This document shows, in pieces, positions 25,156 to 34,064 of a DNA stretch of 64,000 nucleotides. Source of the DNA: Escherichia phage ST0; sequence record MF044457; one strand, written 5' to 3'. Made by a program: the position numbers and the translations under genes. The notes beneath the pieces are model-generated. The model saw nothing but the letters and a program-made list of their open reading frames with translations. It searched no databases and was not told the origin of the DNA. Numbering within the stretch: the first letter of the stretch is position 1; the number at the start of each line of letters is the position of its first letter.

Positions 25156-26973
25156 ATGATTAAAAATGAAATTAAGGTATTGTCAGATGTAGAACATATT
25201 AAGAAACGCAGTGGCATGTATATTGGTTCTTCGGCCAAAGAAGCCCACGAGCGTTTTTTGTTTGGTAAATATCAACAAGTTGAATATGTTCCTGGTCTGG
25301 TTAAATTAATCGATGAGATTATTGACAACTCGGTTGATGAAGCTATTCGTACATCATTTAAGTTTGCAAATAAAATCGATGTGCAAATTAAAAATAATCA
25401 AGTTTCGGTGGAAGATAACGGACGTGGTATTCCTCAAGCAATGGTCACCGACCAAAATGGTGAACAGATTCCAGGTCCTGTAGCTGCCTGGACTATTCCA
25501 AAGGCCGGTGGTAACTTTGGTGATGACTCTGAACGTAAGACCGGTGGTATGAACGGCGTCGGGAGTAGTTTAACTAATATCTTCTCTACGTTGTTTACAG
25601 GCATAACGTCAGATGGCGAAAATGAAATCACTGTTAACTGTTCAAACGGGATGGAAAACAAATCATGGTCTTCTAAGAAATCTAAAGGTAAAGGCACTAA
25701 AGTAATCTTCACTCCTGATTTCTCTTCATTTGAAGAGCATAATTTATCTCAAATTTATTTAGATATTACTTTAGACCGACTTCAAACGTTGGCAGTCGTT
25801 TATCCTGATATCAAGTTCACATTTAATGGTAAAAAGGTTGACGGTAATTTTAAACGATTTGCTAAACAATTTGGCGAAGATAACATCATTCAAGAAAATG
25901 ATAAAGTCTCTATAGCATTCACAACATCACCAGACGGCTTCCGTCATTTAACTTATGTGAATAACATCCATACTAAAAATGGTGGTCATCATGTTGAATG
26001 TGTAATGGATGATATCTGCGAACATCTTTTGCCCGGCATTAAAAAGAAATATAAGGGTATTGAAGTCACTAAAGCTCGTGTTAAAGAATGTCTCACAATG
26101 TTGATGTTTATTAGAGACATGAGCAACATGCGTTTTGATTCTCAGACTAAAGAACGTTTAACGTCAACGTATGGTGATATTCGTAATCATATCCAATTAG
26201 ATGCTAAGAAAATTGCTCAGGCACTTCTTAAAAACGAAGCCTTGATTATGCCTATTGTTGAAGCAGCATTAGCTCGTAAATTGGCAGCAGAAAAGGCTGC
26301 AGAAACTAAAGCAGCTAAAAAGGCAACTAAAGCTAAGGTTCATAAGCATATTAAAGCTAACCAATGTGGTAAAGATGCAGATACGACATTGTTTTTAACA
26401 GAAGGTGATTCGGCAATTGGTTATCTCATTGATGTTCGTGACCGTGAACTACACGGTGGATTCCCATTACGTGGTAAGGTGATGAATAGCTGGGGTATGA
26501 CATATGCTGATATGATGAAGAACAAAGAGCTCTTTGATATCTGTGCTATCACAGGTCTTATTCTTGGTGAAAAGGCAGAGAATACGAACTATCGTAATAT
26601 TGCAATTATGACCGATGCCGATCATGACGGTCTTGGAAGTATTTATCCGGCTTTGCTTGCTTTCTTTAGTAATTGGCCTGAATTGTTTGAACAAGGACGT
26701 ATTCGCTTTGTTAAAACGCCTGTAATTATTGCACAAATTGGCAAAACTCAAAAATGGTTTTATACTGTAGCTGAGTATGAAGAAGCTAAAGATACACTAC
26801 CTAAGCATAGTATTCGATACATCAAGGGATTAGGCTCCCTTGAAAAGTCAGAATATCGTGAAATGATTCAGAACCCTGTGTACGACGTAGTTAAACTTCC
26901 TGAAAATTGGAAAGAACTCTTTGAAATGTTGTTGGGTGATGATTCAGAACTTCGTAAAGAATGGATGTCCTAA
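25156..26973 (+). CDS. 39: DNA topoisomerase II large subunit, genes 39 and 60 fused in one ORF
   Basis: 605 aa; N-terminal GHKL ATPase (LSDVEHIKKRSGMYIGS, IDNSVDEA); C-terminal 130 aa match remembered T4 gp60 (IAIMTDADHDGLGSIYP...KLPENWKELFEMLLGD). Confidence 0.95.
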   Translation: MIKNEIKVLSDVEHIKKRSGMYIGSSAKEAHERFLFGKYQQVEYVPGLVKLIDEIIDNSVDEAIRTSFKFANKIDVQIKNNQVSVEDNGRGIPQAMVTDQNGEQIPGPVAAWTIPKAGGNFGDDSERKTGGMNGVGSSLTNIFSTLFTGITSDGENEITVNCSNGMENKSWSSKKSKGKGTKVIFTPDFSSFEEHNLSQIYLDITLDRLQTLAVVYPDIKFTFNGKKVDGNFKRFAKQFGEDNIIQENDKVSIAFTTSPDGFRHLTYVNNIHTKNGGHHVECVMDDICEHLLPGIKKKYKGIEVTKARVKECLTMLMFIRDMSNMRFDSQTKERLTSTYGDIRNHIQLDAKKIAQALLKNEALIMPIVEAALARKLAAEKAAETKAAKKATKAKVHKHIKANQCGKDADTTLFLTEGDSAIGYLIDVRDRELHGGFPLRGKVMNSWGMTYADMMKNKELFDICAITGLILGEKAENTNYRNIAIMTDADHDGLGSIYPALLAFFSNWPELFEQGRIRFVKTPVIIAQIGKTQKWFYTVAEYEEAKDTLPKHSIRYIKGLGSLEKSEYREMIQNPVYDVVKLPENWKELFEMLLGDDSELRKEWMS

Positions 26974-26988
26974 GCTCCTTCTGGAGCT
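26973..26988 (+). terminator. hairpin after gene 39/60
   Basis: AGCTCC-TTCT-GGAGCT followed by TTCATTTTAATTTT. Confidence 0.5.
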
Positions 26989-27015
26989 TCATTTTAATTT
27001 TAATAAGGCTTAATT

Positions 27016-28116
27016 ATGAAAGTTATGTTTATCCCATCTCGTGCAGTCCCATTTAATCCTGACCGTGTACAAGGTGGCCTTGAAGCAGTACATTTAAATG
27101 TGTTGAAATATCTTGTGTCCATCGGTGCTGATATTGATTATATCGGCTTTGATAATGACACGTTTGGTGACTGGAAAGTTACACACCATCCTGTTGGTCA
27201 TCTGACTAAATTCAGTCTAGGTATGAGTTATACTATGGCTCGTAAGATTGTTGAACTAGCCGACATCCATGAATACGATTTTGTTGTTACTATGGAACCG
27301 ACTAAACTAACCGTTCAGGCAATTAAAGACGCAGGTCTCTCTAAAGTTCATAAGAATTTTATGGCAACACCATTTGAACCGGTATCTCGTGGCATTGTTC
27401 AAATTTGGGACCAGACTATTCAAATTCATAAGAATGGTGGTAAGAGTTATGCTCCTACTAAAGCCTTCCGTGAATTTGAACGTAAATATTGCCATATGAC
27501 TTCAGCTCTGACTGACAAAATTGATTATGATTATTGGCGAGCAAATCCGTTGTTTGAAGCCGAAGATTATCCGGTTATTTGTTTGAATGAGAAACCTGAA
27601 GTTCTTCCAGCGACTGATCTGATTATTAGTGCACAACGTTATGACACTAAAATGCGTCGTACTGATGTTGCTCTTGAAGCAATTAAAGCACTAGGCGAAA
27701 ATGGTATTGGTTATTGTCCTAGTAAATGGGCACCACCAGCTAAATATCCTGTTATTATTGATGCTCCACACAGTGAAATCATGGAACGTCTTAAAACAGC
27801 TAAAGCACTTATTAATACGTGTCCTGACACAGGTACGGTAGAGAATAGTTCTATTGAAGCCATCTCTAAAGGTGTCCCTGTAATCCAGTTAGCTTTTAAG
27901 GATTATCCTCATGCGACATTCGAATACGACCCAGATACTGTGCGTGTCGAAATTGATTCCTCTACTCCTAAGAAAGAAGTAGTTGCGCTTTACACAAAAG
28001 CTGTATTAGAATTCACTGACACATACGAAGCTCGAGTTAAACGTGCTGAAGCAGTATGGAAGAAGTATAATCGAGATGCAGTTGTTGCGATGTGGGATAA
28101 AATCTTCACAGCGTAA
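27016..28116 (+). CDS. GT-B-fold glycosyltransferase-like protein (candidate DNA hmC glycosyltransferase)
   Basis: 366 aa; C-terminal ENSSIEAISKGVPVI resembles the E-x-x-x-x-EA...G-x-PVI donor-binding motif of GT4-type GT-B enzymes. Lies between 39/60 and rIIA. Confidence 0.65.
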   Translation: MKVMFIPSRAVPFNPDRVQGGLEAVHLNVLKYLVSIGADIDYIGFDNDTFGDWKVTHHPVGHLTKFSLGMSYTMARKIVELADIHEYDFVVTMEPTKLTVQAIKDAGLSKVHKNFMATPFEPVSRGIVQIWDQTIQIHKNGGKSYAPTKAFREFERKYCHMTSALTDKIDYDYWRANPLFEAEDYPVICLNEKPEVLPATDLIISAQRYDTKMRRTDVALEAIKALGENGIGYCPSKWAPPAKYPVIIDAPHSEIMERLKTAKALINTCPDTGTVENSSIEAISKGVPVIQLAFKDYPHATFEYDPDTVRVEIDSSTPKKEVVALYTKAVLEFTDTYEARVKRAEAVWKKYNRDAVVAMWDKIFTA

Positions 28117-28208
28117 ATCCTGAATAGCCTGAGGCACTATTACACATAAGATGATAAATTATATGGTCTTTAGTAATAGTGCCCTAGGAATCTACTGAAG
28201 AGAATATT

Positions 28209-28409
28209 ATGAGAACATATAACGTGGACTTGGACCTTTTTGATAAAGCGGTGCTCCGGGAATTCCGGCTTATCCAAAGATTTTTTGATATCGAATCAGC
28301 TGAAGCCTTTAAAGAACGCTTTAAGGAAATTCGATATAAAATACAAACCGATACAGCTACTAAAGAAGAACTTCTTGAAGTAGCAGAAATTTTTAAACGT
28401 AACTTGTGA
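28209..28409 (+). CDS. hypothetical small protein (rIIA.1 position)
   Basis: ORF track 66 aa. Confidence 0.4.
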   Translation: MRTYNVDLDLFDKAVLREFRLIQRFFDIESAEAFKERFKEIRYKIQTDTATKEELLEVAEIFKRNL

Positions 28410-28421
28410 TGAGAGAAAAAT

Positions 28422-30635
28422 ATGATTATTGAAACGGCTAAAGAAACGATTATTGGTTCAGGCGGTAAGAGCACAGCATTTACTATTCAAGGCAATAGCA
28501 AAGTTTATAAGATTTTGTCTAATGACCTTTATACAAACAAAGAATTGGCTTGTGTACGTGAATTAATCACAAACTGTATCGATGGCCAAATTCTTAATGG
28601 TTGCACTGATAAGTTTATTGTTCAGGCTCCAGGTCGTTTAGACCCACGTTTTGTAGTTCGTGATTTTGGACCTGGTATGAGTGATTTCACTATTCGTGGT
28701 AATGACGAAGAGCCAGGAATTTATAACTCATATTTTGCTTCAACTAAAACATCGAGTAACGATTTCATTGGTGGATTCGGACTCGGCTCTAAAGCTCCAT
28801 TAGCATATACTGATACGTTTAACCTTACGTCTTATCATAATGGTGAAGTTCGTGGTTACGTAATCTACCAAGATGACACAGGTCCACAGATTAAGCCGAC
28901 CTTTGTAGATAAGATGGGTCCTGATGACCGTACGGGTGTAGAAGTAGTTGTACCGGTTAACCCGGAAGATTTTGAAAAGTTTGCATCCGAAATTGCATAT
29001 GTTATGCGTCCTCTAGGTGATATTGCAGAAGTTCGTGGTGTTAAAGATATTAAATACTTCCCAGAATTTGATGATGTATATTTGGCCAAGGAAGCTCCAT
29101 GGGGTGAACGTGGTAATATCATGGCTGTTTATGGCGGTATTGTATATCCAATCGGAAGTGTTATTAAAGAACAAACATGGATGATGACACGATGCACTAC
29201 AGCTTATATTAAATTCCCAATGGGTGAACTAGATGTTGCTCCGTCTCGCGAAGCATTGTCATTTGATAAACGTACAGTAGCAAATATCCATAAACGCGTT
29301 GCAGAAATCGATGCTAAATTGTTCGCTGAAGATTCTAAGAAATGGATTGATTGTAAATACCCACGACATGTGTTCCGCGAAATTGATTCTCTTGGCTATA
29401 CCGCTCGTAAATACATGGAAAAGGCCGGGTCTAATATTGAATCACTGAAATACTCTAAAGAACAACTAACCTATTCTGAGTTGTACAAACGTTTTAAAAT
29501 GGGACCTGAGTGGTGTAATCTTGGTGTCGTATACGATATCGTTGAATCCCCTCGTCTTCGTCGTATTCGTGAAAGTGGTAGCTCATCATCAACCATTTCA
29601 ATTAACAGCCTGATTGGCATTAACATTAAAAACGTTGAAATTGTTATTGACGATGTTAAGGGACGCGTTCCATTAATGCGAGCTCTTAATTCAATTGAAA
29701 TGTCTAAAGACGAGGTTAAATTATCCGGTAAAGTTCCACGCGGTTTTGGTAAAAGCGTACTATTCGTTGACCCTACAGACGAAGATGCAATGAAACTTCT
29801 GGAACGCCTTAAAGTTATCTTTGATGGCGACAACATTAACATATACAAGACTTCAGAGCTTTTACAAATCGTTAAGCCATGGATTGAAGTCAGGAAACGG
29901 ACTAATGAGCCTCGTCCTAAATCCCCGAGTGCTCATCGATTCTTTAAGAATGAAAACGATGTTTGGGTATCAGAAGACCTCTTTATTCCGGCAAGTGAAG
30001 CAGATGAAATCCAAGGTTATGCTATAGTTCGTAATCGTTCTAATGCTGAATGTCTTGACGCAGATAAAGGTTGGTTGAACTATGACTCCAATTTCTTGAC
30101 CCGTATTGCTGATTTGTCAGGTATTAAAGAGTTCACTGTAGTTCGTCCACAGATTGCTAAGAAAGTTCGTAAACTTGGTGAAGTAGAATGCTTGTTCGAA
30201 AAATCAATTAATGACTATATTACGCTAATTGATAAAGTGGATTATGATGAGTATGTATCACCAAGTCGTAGAGCACAGCCTTATTTGAATCATATTACTC
30301 GTAACGAAGAGCTTAACTTCCTTAGTAAGTATTTTAGCTCTAAGAACAAAGAAATCAGTAAAGACTTTGCAAAACTCTCAACAGTAAATAATCGTTGGGG
30401 ATGGAATCGATTCGCAGGTGCTACTAATACAGACCTGAATAAGAAGTTAGAATTGTGTGCTAAAATTTTCGATAAGCTTAAAGATAATGCTTACGATAAT
30501 GATGATAAAATGGTTATTGAATTCGAAACCAATTATCATATTGTGTCAGAATACATGGGACGACGTGGTACTCTTTCCAAAGAACAGGTCGCTCAAATCG
30601 TTAAATTCATGAAGGCCGTGGAAGCGGCCAAATAA
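28422..30635 (+). CDS. rIIA: rIIA protein
   Basis: 737 aa; N-terminus MIIETAKETIIGSGGKS... and GHKL-like ELITNCIDG match remembered T4 rIIA. Confidence 0.9.
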   Translation: MIIETAKETIIGSGGKSTAFTIQGNSKVYKILSNDLYTNKELACVRELITNCIDGQILNGCTDKFIVQAPGRLDPRFVVRDFGPGMSDFTIRGNDEEPGIYNSYFASTKTSSNDFIGGFGLGSKAPLAYTDTFNLTSYHNGEVRGYVIYQDDTGPQIKPTFVDKMGPDDRTGVEVVVPVNPEDFEKFASEIAYVMRPLGDIAEVRGVKDIKYFPEFDDVYLAKEAPWGERGNIMAVYGGIVYPIGSVIKEQTWMMTRCTTAYIKFPMGELDVAPSREALSFDKRTVANIHKRVAEIDAKLFAEDSKKWIDCKYPRHVFREIDSLGYTARKYMEKAGSNIESLKYSKEQLTYSELYKRFKMGPEWCNLGVVYDIVESPRLRRIRESGSSSSTISINSLIGINIKNVEIVIDDVKGRVPLMRALNSIEMSKDEVKLSGKVPRGFGKSVLFVDPTDEDAMKLLERLKVIFDGDNINIYKTSELLQIVKPWIEVRKRTNEPRPKSPSAHRFFKNENDVWVSEDLFIPASEADEIQGYAIVRNRSNAECLDADKGWLNYDSNFLTRIADLSGIKEFTVVRPQIAKKVRKLGEVECLFEKSINDYITLIDKVDYDEYVSPSRRAQPYLNHITRNEELNFLSKYFSSKNKEISKDFAKLSTVNNRWGWNRFAGATNTDLNKKLELCAKIFDKLKDNAYDNDDKMVIEFETNYHIVSEYMGRRGTLSKEQVAQIVKFMKAVEAAK

Positions 30636-30644
30636 GGAAACATT

Positions 30645-31592
30645 ATGTACAATATTAAATGCTTGTCCCAAGAAGAACAGTTAGAAGCTTATGGCCTGGT
30701 TGAATCAGGCAAATGGACTCGTAAAGAAATTGCCGATTACTTCGACATTTCAACAGATACTCTTCGTAAGATTGTTAAGAATTTTAAAGCAGAAGGCGTT
30801 GTCCCTGAAGCAAACGATGCCTCTTATGTAATCGAAGAAGTTCCAGAAAATGATGAACCTATTATCGGCGGACATCGTCCTGAAATCGTATGGAACGCGT
30901 CATCTAAATTTATTTCAATTATTGAAGGACGCGTAGCATACAATGCGACTCCATCAAGTCATGCAAATTTTGAAGAAATTAAAGCTAATCTGGTCGCAGG
31001 AAACCTTAATAAAGCTGTCGAACTTATTAACATCAAGAAAGCTATTAGTAAGTTTGTTGACGGTAATGTTGTTATTGAAGGTGGTAGTTTATTTTATCAA
31101 GGTATAGAGATTCGTTCTGGTCTGGTTAATCGTATTATTGATTCTATGGAAAAAGGCGAAGACTTTAAATTCTATCTACCGTTCCTTGAAAACCTGTTAG
31201 AAAACCCAAGCGAAAAAGCTGTACAACGTTTATTCGACTTCTTGGTTGCAAATGATATTGAAATCACTGAAGATGGGCATTTCTACGCGTGGAAAGTAGT
31301 TCGTAAAGATTATTTAGATTGCTATAGCGGTACATTTGATAACTCACCAGGTAAAGTTGTTTCAATGCCTCGTACTCGTGTTAACGATGATGATACACAA
31401 ACCTGCTCCCGTGGTCTACATGTTTGCGCTAAATCGTATATTCGTTACTTTGGTTCTAGCTCAGATAAAGTTGTTAAGGTTAAAGTTCATCCACGTGATG
31501 TTGTGTCCATCCCAGTTGACTATGGCGATGCTAAGATGCGTACTTGTCGTTATGAAGTAATTTCAGACGTTACTGAATTATTTGCAGAATAA
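30645..31592 (+). CDS. rIIB: rIIB protein
   Basis: 315 aa; MYNIKCL..., FLENLLENPS, DFLVANDIEITEDG, KMRTCRYEVI match remembered T4 rIIB. Confidence 0.9.
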   Translation: MYNIKCLSQEEQLEAYGLVESGKWTRKEIADYFDISTDTLRKIVKNFKAEGVVPEANDASYVIEEVPENDEPIIGGHRPEIVWNASSKFISIIEGRVAYNATPSSHANFEEIKANLVAGNLNKAVELINIKKAISKFVDGNVVIEGGSLFYQGIEIRSGLVNRIIDSMEKGEDFKFYLPFLENLLENPSEKAVQRLFDFLVANDIEITEDGHFYAWKVVRKDYLDCYSGTFDNSPGKVVSMPRTRVNDDDTQTCSRGLHVCAKSYIRYFGSSSDKVVKVKVHPRDVVSIPVDYGDAKMRTCRYEVISDVTELFAE

Positions 31593-31597
31593 TAATT

Positions 31598-31620
31598 GGG
31601 GACTTCGGTCCCCTTTTTTT
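31598..31620 (+). terminator. UUCG-tetraloop terminator after rIIB
   Basis: GGGGAC-TTCG-GTCCCC followed by seven T. Confidence 0.8.
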
Positions 31621-31634
31621 CTTTAGGGGTAATT

Positions 31635-31922
31635 ATGATTCATCCATTTGACGTATCAGAATCCAAAATTGCTAATCTTCGTGGTCATCATAAGTGTAAA
31701 TCAGTTTATTGTGCTAAATTGGTAAAACATCCTGGCGATGCACACTATGGTTGGTTAGAATGCGACGAAGTTGTTATTGAAATCCCACCGGTAGATGCAG
31801 AATATCTTGAAGAAGGTGACCGCATTTATTTTGGCGAACTACACATCAGAGGTATCTATGGTAAAGACGAACTTGGGACTGTTGAGACTGAAGAATCTTC
31901 CGACATTTATCCTGTCGAATGA
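31635..31922 (+). CDS. hypothetical protein
   Basis: ORF-track start overlaps the terminator; start moved to ATG at 31635. Confidence 0.4.
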   Translation: MIHPFDVSESKIANLRGHHKCKSVYCAKLVKHPGDAHYGWLECDEVVIEIPPVDAEYLEEGDRIYFGELHIRGIYGKDELGTVETEESSDIYPVE

Positions 31923-31938
31923 GTTTTTGACTAGTGAA

Positions 31939-32415
31939 ATGAAGGTGAAGATTGCTGACACTGCTCGGTATTCCCTGAGCCAAAATCCTGACCAAAACAA
32001 AGAAGATGTAGTTCGACGTTGTAAGGTTGCGGTCTTTGCAGAGTATGTAGTAGCAAATTGGCTAGACGGATATGTTAATAAAGGTATTGAAGACGTAGAA
32101 GACCCGTACACGTATGCATGGGACGTGTTAGCCCATCCCAAGTATTGTGGAATTCGTGTAGAAGTCAAGACACACCAGATAGATTCTAAATGGATTTCTG
32201 TTACCACAGGATACAGTGGTGATTATCCAGGTGGCAACGGAATCAACATAGGGCCCTTCTTGAACCATCGAGTCGCAGATTGCATTATTATATTAGATGT
32301 CAAAGAAACCTCACCTGACGTCTTCTCTTATTCTATAAAGTTCGTGGGAGACCATGAAGACCTAAAGAAAATCGTCCGCAAGAGCAACTACAACGGGTGG
32401 TATCTTCAACTTTAA
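31939..32415 (+). CDS. hypothetical protein (denB position by synteny only)
   Basis: ORF track 31795..32415 overlaps the previous gene in another frame; in-frame ATG at 31939 gives a 158 aa product. Confidence 0.4.
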   Translation: MKVKIADTARYSLSQNPDQNKEDVVRRCKVAVFAEYVVANWLDGYVNKGIEDVEDPYTYAWDVLAHPKYCGIRVEVKTHQIDSKWISVTTGYSGDYPGGNGINIGPFLNHRVADCIIILDVKETSPDVFSYSIKFVGDHEDLKKIVRKSNYNGWYLQL

Positions 32416-32427
32416 TTTCATAAAAGT

Positions 32428-32457
32428 GTTTACAACTAAGTAGGACTATGATATAGT
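32428..32457 (+). promoter_or_regulatory. early promoter with inverted repeat around the -10
   Basis: GTTTAC, about 18 bp, TATAGT; TAGGACTA and TAGTCCTA flank the -10. Confidence 0.55.
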
Positions 32458-32483
32458 AGTCCTATCTAAAAGAGGATAACATC

Positions 32484-32747
32484 ATGAAATTTAAATTTTT
32501 CTACGCAAAACATAAAGTAACAGGCGAATTTGTTTCAATGTACAACACTGCAGATGACGAAGGGATGATTTATACCCATTTGGGTCTATCTCATTGGGAC
32601 TCAGACGTGCCTTATATGTCATCTGAAGCCGAAATAACTCGTCTGGTTAATGGACATATGAACGACCATTTTAGTGTTATTCTTTCTAAAGACCTTAAAG
32701 AGGTTATCAACAAAGGATATATGGAACTCGCGGAAGTTGAGATATGA
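32484..32747 (+). CDS. hypothetical protein
   Basis: ORF track 87 aa; RBS AGAGGA. Confidence 0.45.
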   Translation: MKFKFFYAKHKVTGEFVSMYNTADDEGMIYTHLGLSHWDSDVPYMSSEAEITRLVNGHMNDHFSVILSKDLKEVINKGYMELAEVEI

Positions 32748-32939
32748 GCTCTAAAATGTGGATCGGAATATGGTTGCTTAGTATCCCTATGATTTGTATA
32801 GTATTTTCAATTGTATTGAGGTACTTATGAAAAATGCACTTATTATTGTACTAAGAACAATTTGTGATACGGGTTTTTACATCGCATGTTCGTTCACTGG
32901 ATCATGGTTGGCTTTAACATATTTTAATGTAATTTAATT

Positions 32940-32969
32940 GTTTACAACAAGGTAGGATTATGGTATAGT
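32940..32969 (+). promoter_or_regulatory. early promoter
   Basis: GTTTAC, about 18 bp, TATAGT, then TAGTCCTAC. Confidence 0.55.
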
Positions 32970-32997
32970 AGTCCTACTGAAACATGAGGAACACAAA

Positions 32998-33198
32998 ATG
33001 GCTAAGCTTTTTAAAGATGTTGAAATTGGTGAAAAATTTGTTCTGAATAATGGTCAGCAGCTTATTCGTGTAGCTTCTATCGCCGGACAAACTCATAACT
33101 GTATCGCCCCAACGTGTTGGACTCGATTCTTTATTGAAGATGACACTGAATGTTTAACTGTTGAAGAGCTTTTTGAACGTTCTGATATAGCCGAATAA
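32998..33198 (+). CDS. hypothetical small protein
   Basis: ORF track 66 aa; RBS GAGGAA. Confidence 0.45.
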   Translation: MAKLFKDVEIGEKFVLNNGQQLIRVASIAGQTHNCIAPTCWTRFFIEDDTECLTVEELFERSDIAE

Positions 33199-33200
33199 AA

Positions 33201-33230
33201 TTGTACAAACTCTTGAGAGCAGAGTATAAT
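33201..33230 (+). promoter_or_regulatory. early promoter with -10 inside a GAGAGC/GCTCTC inverted repeat
   Basis: TTGTAC, about 18 bp, TATAAT. Confidence 0.55.
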
Positions 33231-33274
33231 GCTCTCATGGATTACAAAAACATTAATCAATTGAGGAAATTAGC

Positions 33275-33721
33275 ATGTCCAAATATTTAACTCGTAAAGA
33301 CCTTCTGGCAGTTGGCGGTGAAGTTGTTGCAGTAGTTCGTAATGGCGAATACGGTTCTGAAGTTTCTAAAGAGTTTCGTTCTCGTGAAGGTTTTTACTTC
33401 TTTGTTAAAGGTTCATCTGACTGGCGTCAAGTTGCAGCACGATTCTTTGTAGGACGTCAACGTTCTAAACAAGGGTTGGATGCAATTCTTTCTCACATTC
33501 GTCAAGGCCGTTCGCAACTAGCCCGTACTATGGGCACTAACAATATTGAATATGATGTAATCTTTGTTGCAGCTAAGAACATGAAACCCCTGACTACTGG
33601 TTATGGTAAAGGACAATTGGCTCTGGCATTCACTCGCAATCATACATCAGAATATCAAACACTCACTGAAATGAACCGTCTTCTGGCAGATAATTTCAAA
33701 TTCGTTCTGCAGAGTTACTAA
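33275..33721 (+). CDS. ndd: Ndd nucleoid disruption protein
   Basis: 148 aa; QRSKQG...[34 protein letters not shown] and C-terminal ADNFKFVLQ match remembered T4 Ndd. Confidence 0.8.
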   Translation: MSKYLTRKDLLAVGGEVVAVVRNGEYGSEVSKEFRSREGFYFFVKGSSDWRQVAARFFVGRQRSKQGLDAILSHIRQGRSQLARTMGTNNIEYDVIFVAAKNMKPLTTGYGKGQLALAFTRNHTSEYQTLTEMNRLLADNFKFVLQSY

Positions 33722-33728
33722 TTTATAC

Positions 33729-33760
33729 GGGCCTATTAAGTTAGGCCTTTAATTTATTTT
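33729..33760 (+). terminator. hairpin plus T-rich tract after ndd
   Basis: GGCCT-attaagtt-AGGCC followed by TTTAATTTATTTTT. Confidence 0.5.
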
Positions 33761-34064
33761 TGAGGTAATTAAAATGGTAGCATGGATTATTGCATTGCTG
33801 TGTTGGTCGTTTTTATTCGTTAACACTTTAGTTACAGGCGAAACAACAGTATTTCAACAGGCTGTGTCACAAGGTACCTTAGCGGTCTTAGCTCTTCTTA
33901 ACGTATTAAAAGGCGAGCAATGATTAAGAAAATCTTAGCAGGAGCCTTCGGGCTCTTGTTTTTGCTTACGGTTCTGTACTACGGTGTGATGTTTGGGCTA
34001 ATCCAAGTAGTGCTTTTCATTTCAGATGTTATAATGGTTATTCGTTCATTAATATGGTGAAAAT

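Noticed and set aside
25156-26973. Expected translational bypass element of gene 60
   Set aside because: No frame break; genes 39 and 60 are a single ORF.
29471-29848. 125 aa minus-strand ORF inside rIIA
   Set aside because: Antisense artefact within a conserved gene.
31336-31560. 74 aa alternate-frame ORF inside rIIB
   Set aside because: Same strand but a different frame of a conserved gene; no independent start signal.
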